Shown here: in pieces, positions 58,417 through 64,000 of the stretch
How the letters are laid out: the number at the start of each line of letters is the position of its first letter
Numbering within the stretch: the first letter of the stretch is position 1
Assembly: GCA_963790825.1 (NCBI GenBank)
Contig: CAWBPM010000002.1
Coordinates: forward strand, 167,159 to 231,158
DNA from: Candidatus Levyibacteriota bacterium
GTDB lineage: Bacteria > Patescibacteriota > Microgenomatia > Levybacterales > UBA12049
DNA: 64,000 bases
Direction of reading: 5' to 3'
Made by a program: the position numbers and the translations under genes
Notes under the pieces: model-generated
The model's input: only the letters and a program-made list of their open reading frames with translations
Told to the model about the DNA's origin: nothing
Databases searched by the model: none

Positions 58417-61149
58417 CTACTCTCCACTTTGTACAGACAGTTCTCTCAGGAAGAGGTTGTAGTCAGAGGCATTGACTGATCCGTCATCGTTAAGGTCACT
58501 CTCTTTTCCGTTAGTTCCGGGACAACTGGTAGGAGGAAGGAAGTCTGAGTAGCAACCAAGGAGTATATTGTAGTCCAGGATATTAAGTGTATTGTCGTTA
58601 TTGATGTCTCCTACGATAAGAGAAACAGGGGGAATGGTTGTAGTTTGTCCTTGAGTAAGTGTAATAATACCGGGGAGTTGTTTTACCAGGTACTTATCAG
58701 TCTTTACCTTTACTAAGTAGGAACCGGTTGGAACAGTACTTCCCAGACTGACACTTCCTGAGAATCCCCCGCTGGAGGGAGAATAGGTAATTGTTCCTGA
58801 AAGAGTAGTAACAAGAACGTTACTTGCGTTTACTACCTGTACGGTTAGTGTACGATTGGGAGTCAGAGGACTTGTATTCCCCGAAGTTCCCGGGGCAACC
58901 GAGTCTCCGGCTGAGCCTATTCCGTGCAGAAGAATACTCGGGAAGGAGAGAGTGGTAGTACCCGGTAGCGGAGTAGGAGTCGGAGTTGCACTGGGCATTA
59001 CAGATGGAGTAGGACTACTGGTTGGTTTAGGAGTTGGGGTATTTGTTGGAGTTGGAGAACTTGCATAAAGAGCGTAATCTCCCTGCATGTCAGGAATAGT
59101 TAATTTGCTAACAGGGTTTCCGTTTCTATCTACATATGATTTACCAGAAGGAAGTGTAACAGTTTGGGTAGTACTTGTCCAGTTAAGATAGACCATAGCG
59201 TTTTGGGTCTGGCGCGAGTAGAGCATATAGCCACTTGGTTGTCCTGATGTCTGTGTCACAACAGTTGATGCAACAGGTAAACCAATAGCCGTCTGCATGG
59301 CAGTGTAATCTGAAGGAGGATCTTCAGGAATGCCAAATTGAGGATCAAAAAACGAATTGGCTGACTGCAGCATGACATAGAAAGTATAGGCACGACGTAA
59401 CTGATCCGGAAGTGTGGTATCATTGGTCAAAACCCATCTATAGACCATTACTTTTCCCTGTGATCCTGCCCAGGTATTATCTTGAAATATCTGATACATT
59501 TCATTGCGCGAATAAGCCCCATAAGAACTACTGTCTCCGTCAATATAGTAACTGTTTAAATCTTCCTGTAAAATACCATCAATATTGGTGTAAATCGGCT
59601 GGAACATACTGTAATCTCCCATTGCTCCGTTGTTACAGATGTAGTGAACATTCGGCGCAAGCTGCTTGACTTTTTGGAAAAAGGTTTGAATCATAGTAAG
59701 ATATTGAGCATCATTTTGCGGATACGGGCTGTCCCATGTGACATTGGGATGATAAACTCCACTACTATCTACTATTCCGTAATCGTAATAATTAAATATA
59801 CAGGTATCCAAAGCAATCCAGGTATTCGGAAGTGCGTTTTTCAGCATGATGGCGTTGACATAGTTGGTGAGGAACCAATTAACGAAGCGGTCATCTGCTA
59901 CGTTCACTGCCCTAAGCCAATACGTCGATGGTTGAGTGGGGGGATTCGTTCCTAAACCTTCAACAAAGTAGACAGGATACTTTACTCCGCTATATGTAGC
60001 GCTGATGAAAAGACTCGGGTAACCCTGTGCAACTTGCGCGTTATCATAGGTAACAAAAGATGAATACGGGAAATCGGTATATCCGGTATCGTCAACCGGA
60101 GCGAAGTGCTGGAACATGCCGTAATGAGCTTTGATTGCATCCGGCGACATAGCGTTCCAGGTTGAGGTATCGGTATGTACTCCCCAGAAAAATCCAATAG
60201 TCGCAAAATTTCCATCGTAAGGAGTACCAAATACCAGCGCGCGCTGCGTCGCCATTACCGTCCGGTTTGAACCGGGGGTGGGCGTAGGTTGGAGAGTAGG
60301 TGAAACAGAATTACAAGTAGAGTTAAGCAGTGTTTCTTCACCGGACCAATAGGTCGGAAGGCTGTCCCACGGATTAGGAAGATTATCGTTTGTTATATAT
60401 AGATATCCAACATTTCGCATTTTAGCAAGAGTTACGGCATTTTGCATAGAGGCTGTGTCAGGAGTCGCATATACAAGATGAGAAAATTTGCTGGCAGGAT
60501 AATTAGATACCCAGCTTGGGACTTGCGCGTTTACATAATTCGCGTACGTATCTTCATATACATTTACAATGTCTCCTATACTCATATATCCCTCGGCCGG
60601 GTAAACTCCGGGATTAAGCTCCACAATAGCATTTGGCGTCTGATGGACATAGTTGGCTAAGTCCTGGTAATACGAATAATAGGTTGATTGATCCGATACT
60701 TCATCAAAAAAGATATCCGTAACGCCGTACCAAGATTTATACGAATCAATTTCTGATTTAACAGTTGCAGAGGATCTCGCACCATAACTTGTATGAACGT
60801 ACCCCAGAACCCTAATTCCTGCATTTTTTGCATTAGTAACCGTTGTAACATAACTTGAGTCCTGCGAACTTCCCGGTCCTGAATTCGGATTCATAATCGC
60901 AATCGACCCAGTCGGAGCGGAGGATATAGTCTGTTGCCAAAGTTGGCCGGGAGAAAAATAGGCAGGAATATTTATTCTGATACAGGTTGTTCCGGCCGCG
61001 TGTTGACGGACTTCCTGCTGTTTTTCAAGTATTGAAACAGTCAGGGGGATTATTGCCAGTAAAAAAAGCAATGTCAGAATACTGATTATCCTCAATCTTT
61101 TGCCGGAAGTAAGTTTAATATTCCGGATAATAAGATGATATTTCTGCAT
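58417..61149 (-). CDS. Spherulin-4/GH135 domain plus a second putative glycoside hydrolase (GHL15-like), PT linker and dockerin-like module
   Basis: IPAYF, NPNSGPG, LGYV.T.YG, IFFDE, NPG and YE; second domain DGILQE...VYLN. Confidence 0.8.
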   Translation of the reverse strand: MQKYHLIIRNIKLTSGKRLRIISILTLLFLLAIIPLTVSILEKQQEVRQHAAGTTCIRINIPAYFSPGQLWQQTISSAPTGSIAIMNPNSGPGSSQDSSYVTTVTNAKNAGIRVLGYVHTSYGARSSATVKSEIDSYKSWYGVTDIFFDEVSDQSTYYSYYQDLANYVHQTPNAIVELNPGVYPAEGYMSIGDIVNVYEDTYANYVNAQVPSWVSNYPASKFSHLVYATPDTASMQNAVTLAKMRNVGYLYITNDNLPNPWDSLPTYWSGEETLLNSTCNSVSPTLQPTPTPGSNRTVMATQRALVFGTPYDGNFATIGFFWGVHTDTSTWNAMSPDAIKAHYGMFQHFAPVDDTGYTDFPYSSFVTYDNAQVAQGYPSLFISATYSGVKYPVYFVEGLGTNPPTQPSTYWLRAVNVADDRFVNWFLTNYVNAIMLKNALPNTWIALDTCIFNYYDYGIVDSSGVYHPNVTWDSPYPQNDAQYLTMIQTFFQKVKQLAPNVHYICNNGAMGDYSMFQPIYTNIDGILQEDLNSYYIDGDSSSYGAYSRNEMYQIFQDNTWAGSQGKVMVYRWVLTNDTTLPDQLRRAYTFYVMLQSANSFFDPQFGIPEDPPSDYTAMQTAIGLPVASTVVTQTSGQPSGYMLYSRQTQNAMVYLNWTSTTQTVTLPSGKSYVDRNGNPVSKLTIPDMQGDYALYASSPTPTNTPTPKPTSSPTPSVMPSATPTPTPLPGTTTLSFPSILLHGIGSAGDSVAPGTSGNTSPLTPNRTLTVQVVNASNVLVTTLSGTITYSPSSGGFSGSVSLGSTVPTGSYLVKVKTDKYLVKQLPGIITLTQGQTTTIPPVSLIVGDINNDNTLNILDYNILLGCYSDFLPPTSCPGTNGKESDLNDDGSVNASDYNLFLRELSVQSGE
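58430..58587. repeat. Dockerin-module DNA repeat, copy 2
   Basis: Near-identical to 56785-56942. Confidence 0.9.
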
Positions 61150-61242
61150 ACCTTTAGCTTAGTTTGCGGAAGAGTATATGTCAATTCTTACAACTTATTC
61201 TAACATCTTGCAACATCTTACAATATCTGATAAATTTATATT

Positions 61243-62229
61243 GTGAAGATTGATTACACCTACCGGGATAATCCGGCGATTCAAGAGAATATTGTTCGTA
61301 TAGAAACTGCAAGAAGAATTATAGATTTTCTGCCCAAATTACCGCATATTGAAGAATCACTTCGGCGTAAATCACTTCTTAAAAGTTCCCTTTTTTCGGC
61401 CAGTATCGAGGGAAATACGCTGGCCATTGAAGAAATTGAAGGAAAAACAGAACAGGCTTTGCAAAACAGGGAAAAACAGGAAGTATATAATATCCTGCGC
61501 GCACTTCGCTGGATAGATACGAATTATGCTAAGGAGCAGCTGTCGGAAAAGTTGATACTTACACTGCACGGAATGGTTATGCAAAAACTGTCGGCTGATT
61601 CTGGAAAACTGCGAACCGAGCCTTCGGCTATTTTTAATCAGGCGGGAATTGCAATCTACATGACTCCTCCGCCTTTAGAAATCAGCAAATTACTGCAAGA
61701 GTTGATTACAATGTCCGGGAAAAAGGAACATGTGGGAATAAAAGCAGGCAAAATTCACTTCGCCTTCGAAAAAATTCACCCGTTTATCGACGGCAACGGA
61801 AGAGTGGGGAGACTCATAAGCACTTTTTTAGTCAAAAGTGCGGGATACGATTTCCGCGGACTTTCGGTTTTAGAGGAATACCTAAATGATAATCGCGATT
61901 TGTACTACAGCGCGCTTTCGCAAACAAATCCGGATATTACAGAATTTGTCGAATTTTTCAGCGCTGCAATTGCCGAGTCTGCAGAAAGGGTAATTGAACT
62001 TCTGCAAAACACAAAAGAGGAGAGACCCGAAGACACGCTTCTTCCCAGGCGGCGGGAAATTCTCGAAGTCATCAGGGATCATGAAAATGCCTCATTTGAT
62101 TTTATTCACCGGAGATTTTTTAAAGTAGCGAAAAGTTCGCTGCATTATGATATCAAGTGCCTTATGCAAAAAGGCTTTATCAGAAAACTGGGAACAACCA
62201 GAGGGGTATTGTATAAGGCAAAGGAGTAA
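61243..62229 (+). CDS. Fic family protein with C-terminal HTH
   Basis: HPFIDGNGRVGR; SASIEGN autoinhibitory motif. Confidence 0.9.
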   Translation: MKIDYTYRDNPAIQENIVRIETARRIIDFLPKLPHIEESLRRKSLLKSSLFSASIEGNTLAIEEIEGKTEQALQNREKQEVYNILRALRWIDTNYAKEQLSEKLILTLHGMVMQKLSADSGKLRTEPSAIFNQAGIAIYMTPPPLEISKLLQELITMSGKKEHVGIKAGKIHFAFEKIHPFIDGNGRVGRLISTFLVKSAGYDFRGLSVLEEYLNDNRDLYYSALSQTNPDITEFVEFFSAAIAESAERVIELLQNTKEERPEDTLLPRRREILEVIRDHENASFDFIHRRFFKVAKSSLHYDIKCLMQKGFIRKLGTTRGVLYKAKE

Positions 62230-62303
62230 AAAATGTAGCAGAAGAAGGCTAGCGCTTATTATTTTCTTACTTAATATTTGCAAAGTGGTGTTGTAATAAA
62301 AAT

Positions 62304-62507
62304 ATGAAAAAAATACATGTAGTGATTTGGAAAGAAGATGATTGGTATGTTACTAAGGCACTTGAGGTGGAAGTAGCCAGCCAAGGTCGTACAGAAGAAG
62401 AAGCCTCAGCAAATTTAAAAGAAGCTCTGCAGTTATATTTTGAAGATGAACAGAATACAGAATTTACCAACATTAATAATCCCAAGCTGCAAAACATGAC
62501 TGTTTAA
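62304..62507 (+). CDS. hicB: HicB-like antitoxin (no adjacent hicA)
   Basis: VVIWKEDDWYV...VASQG.T.EEA.ANLKEAL.LYFE. Confidence 0.8.
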   Translation: MKKIHVVIWKEDDWYVTKALEVEVASQGRTEEEASANLKEALQLYFEDEQNTEFTNINNPKLQNMTV

Positions 62508-62564
62508 CTAAAAAGACGCCCAAAACTCTTTACAACACTTTTTATTGTACTTTCTGTCGAGAAA

Positions 62565-62785
62565 GTTTACCCCCTTGTCTCGCTCCGCTCGCAGGCGAGC
62601 TCAGTCGCTAACGCTCCTTCCGCTCCAAAGCTCTCTGCAAGTGAAATAATTTCTTTTCTGTACTTGTGCCGACAAGTACCAAACTCGTGAGCAGTGAAAG
62701 TCGCGCTAAAATTATTTCATTCGTTAGTCGGGGGATATCACCCCTTCCGGCAATTCGCCGGAATCCCCCTGACAACTCCCGTTCC
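62565..62785. other. GC-rich multi-hairpin non-coding element
   Basis: GTGAAATAATTT/AAATTATTTCAT, GTACTTGT-GCCG-ACAAGTAC, TTCCGGC-N5-GCCGGAA and GGGG/CCCC stems. Confidence 0.5.
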
Positions 62786-62950
62786 ATAATTTTTATACGC
62801 GCTTTGTTTCAGTGCTCACAAAAAGAACGAAAAACGACCTTAGAGATATATTCTGTAAATGAATCGCTGGGGTCAATTGCAAATACGAGCGATGAGACAC
62901 CGCTTTGCTTCAGACAAGGAGTAGGGGAAATTAAATCAGGAAAATAAGCT

Positions 62951-63517
62951 TTATTTTCCCGTAATTATATTGGAGCCGGTGGTGACGGTGGTTGTGACAG
63001 AAGAGCTTGCATTGCCGGAGGTTACCGTACTGTTTGAGGAAGTATTATTGCTCGAACTGTTTCCGCCGGTGCTGCTAGTTGAATTGATAATATTGGTAAT
63101 CGAGGTATTGTTGGATTGAATCACGGTATTTGAGCAGTTACTACTCACATTAACAGAGGTTACAGAACCCACGCCTCCACCGTAGACCGTCACATCACCC
63201 AGTCCGCAAGTTCCGGTCGGCGTAGGGGTCACTGTAGGCGTTACAGTCGTAGTTGGAGTAGGAGTTGGTGTACTAGTTGGTGTAGGCGTAACGGTCGGTG
63301 TTTCGGTTGGAGTTTCAGTTGGCGTCTCTGTCGGCGTCACAGACACCGTCGGCGTGGGAGTTGGAGTTTCTGTAGGAGTCGGGGTAGGACTGGCCGAGAC
63401 GACAAAGGTAAATCCGGTAGCTTGGGCTGTAGTTTTCAGCTGTGCATAAGTGACGCTGTATGACACGATGCTTAATAAGCTAAAAATCCCTAAACATAAT
63501 AGAAGATATCTTTTCAT
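62951..63517 (-). CDS. Secreted Thr/Pro/Ser-rich protein; probable SipW substrate
   Basis: Signal ending VTYA-QLKTTAQATGFTF resembles SipW-class signals; ATGA overlap with sipW. Confidence 0.6.
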   Translation of the reverse strand: MKRYLLLCLGIFSLLSIVSYSVTYAQLKTTAQATGFTFVVSASPTPTPTETPTPTPTVSVTPTETPTETPTETPTVTPTPTSTPTPTPTTTVTPTVTPTPTGTCGLGDVTVYGGGVGSVTSVNVSSNCSNTVIQSNNTSITNIINSTSSTGGNSSSNNTSSNSTVTSGNASSSVTTTVTTGSNIITGK

Positions 63518-64000
63518 ACTGCCTCCTGCTTCTTCAGTAACTTTTTCTCAATTTCTTTTTTATATTCTTCCTTTATCGTCCAGATTTCAAATCCGACAAA
63601 TAAAAATGTAGGTACTGCAATCAAAAGAATATAGCCTGTAAGTGTCCGCGTGAAAGCGGTTAATCTGCCAAGTAAAGGCGTCTGGAAGATTTCTTTACCA
63701 AAGACCGAGTTTGGACTTACCAAATCCGAATCAGGAGAATTATTGGCATCGCCTTTGGTTTGGAATTGTCCATGCTTTATAGCGACAATCCTATGCGAAA
63801 CATCAATACCATTTCTTTTAAATGTAATGATATCGCCGACTACGTAGTGGGGTTGAGAGCGAACATAAATGACGCTTCCCACCTGAAGTGCCGGTTTCAT
63901 GCTTCCGGATTCTACGGTGTAAGAGCGAATACCATATAAACTACTCCGTGATGTAATTACGGTAAAGATAATCGCCAATAAAACTACAAAAAGTACTGCT
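63514..64000 (-). CDS. sipW: Signal peptidase I, S26B/SipW type (5'-partial)
   Basis: VESGSMKP, SHRI and TKGDAN..PD; the frame stays open to the window end. Confidence 0.85.
   Translation of the reverse strand, partial: AVLFVVLLAIIFTVITSRSSLYGIRSYTVESGSMKPALQVGSVIYVRSQPHYVVGDIITFKRNGIDVSHRIVAIKHGQFQTKGDANNSPDSDLVSPNSVFGKEIFQTPLLGRLTAFTRTLTGYILLIAVPTFLFVGFEIWTIKEEYKKEIEKKLLKKQEAV

Noticed and set aside
56785-58587. Diversity-generating retroelement TR/VR pair
   Set aside because: Mismatches are not adenine-specific, both copies are coding, and no reverse transcriptase is in the window.
303-63847. Numerous short ORF-track entries antisense or out of frame within larger genes (e.g. 303-500, 2247-2483, 32763-33101, 57307-57504)
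   Set aside because: Shadow ORFs of well-supported genes, with no motifs or initiation signals.
1-64000. Alternative genetic code (UGA=Gly) as in Gracilibacteria/Absconditabacteria
   Set aside because: Long conserved genes are intact under code 11 and several end in TGA, including mod, whose stop overlaps the res start.

Overview
This looks like a chromosomal window from a Patescibacteria/CPR bacterium, most likely Microgenomates. That call is inferred from the Pro/Thr-linker dockerin proteins, the secG-SBP-yvcK-holin synteny, tRNAs without encoded CCA and the standard genetic code. Positions 1 to about 21.6 kb are the right part of an integrative conjugative element inserted at tRNA-Lys(UUU). 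It carries a VirB4/PrgI/VirB6/VirB2-like T4SS, type III R-M, an OLD-type nuclease, macro and HD cargo, DUF2958, a replication-relaxation relaxase, a frameshifted VirD4 and a large serine recombinase whose ORF runs antisense through the tRNA. The rest is host backbone: tRNA-Glu, glycosyltransferases, two Fic genes, uvrA, uvrC, secG, yvcK, rnhB, sipW, an S53 protease, and GH114 and GH135 dockerin proteins, interspersed with ORFans. Two IS elements are present: an IS1-family element with passenger genes including a second relaxase, and an IS481. The most notable observations are a 21-bp direct repeat that partitions the ICE cargo into modules, the relaxase-carrying IS1, a fully synonymously recoded 16-codon duplication at the uvrA start, the recombinase reading through its tRNA target, a pair of complementary alpha-1,4-galactosaminoglycan hydrolases sharing a dockerin module, and widespread leaderless promoter architecture. 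All product calls come from motif recognition by eye; no database searches were run.
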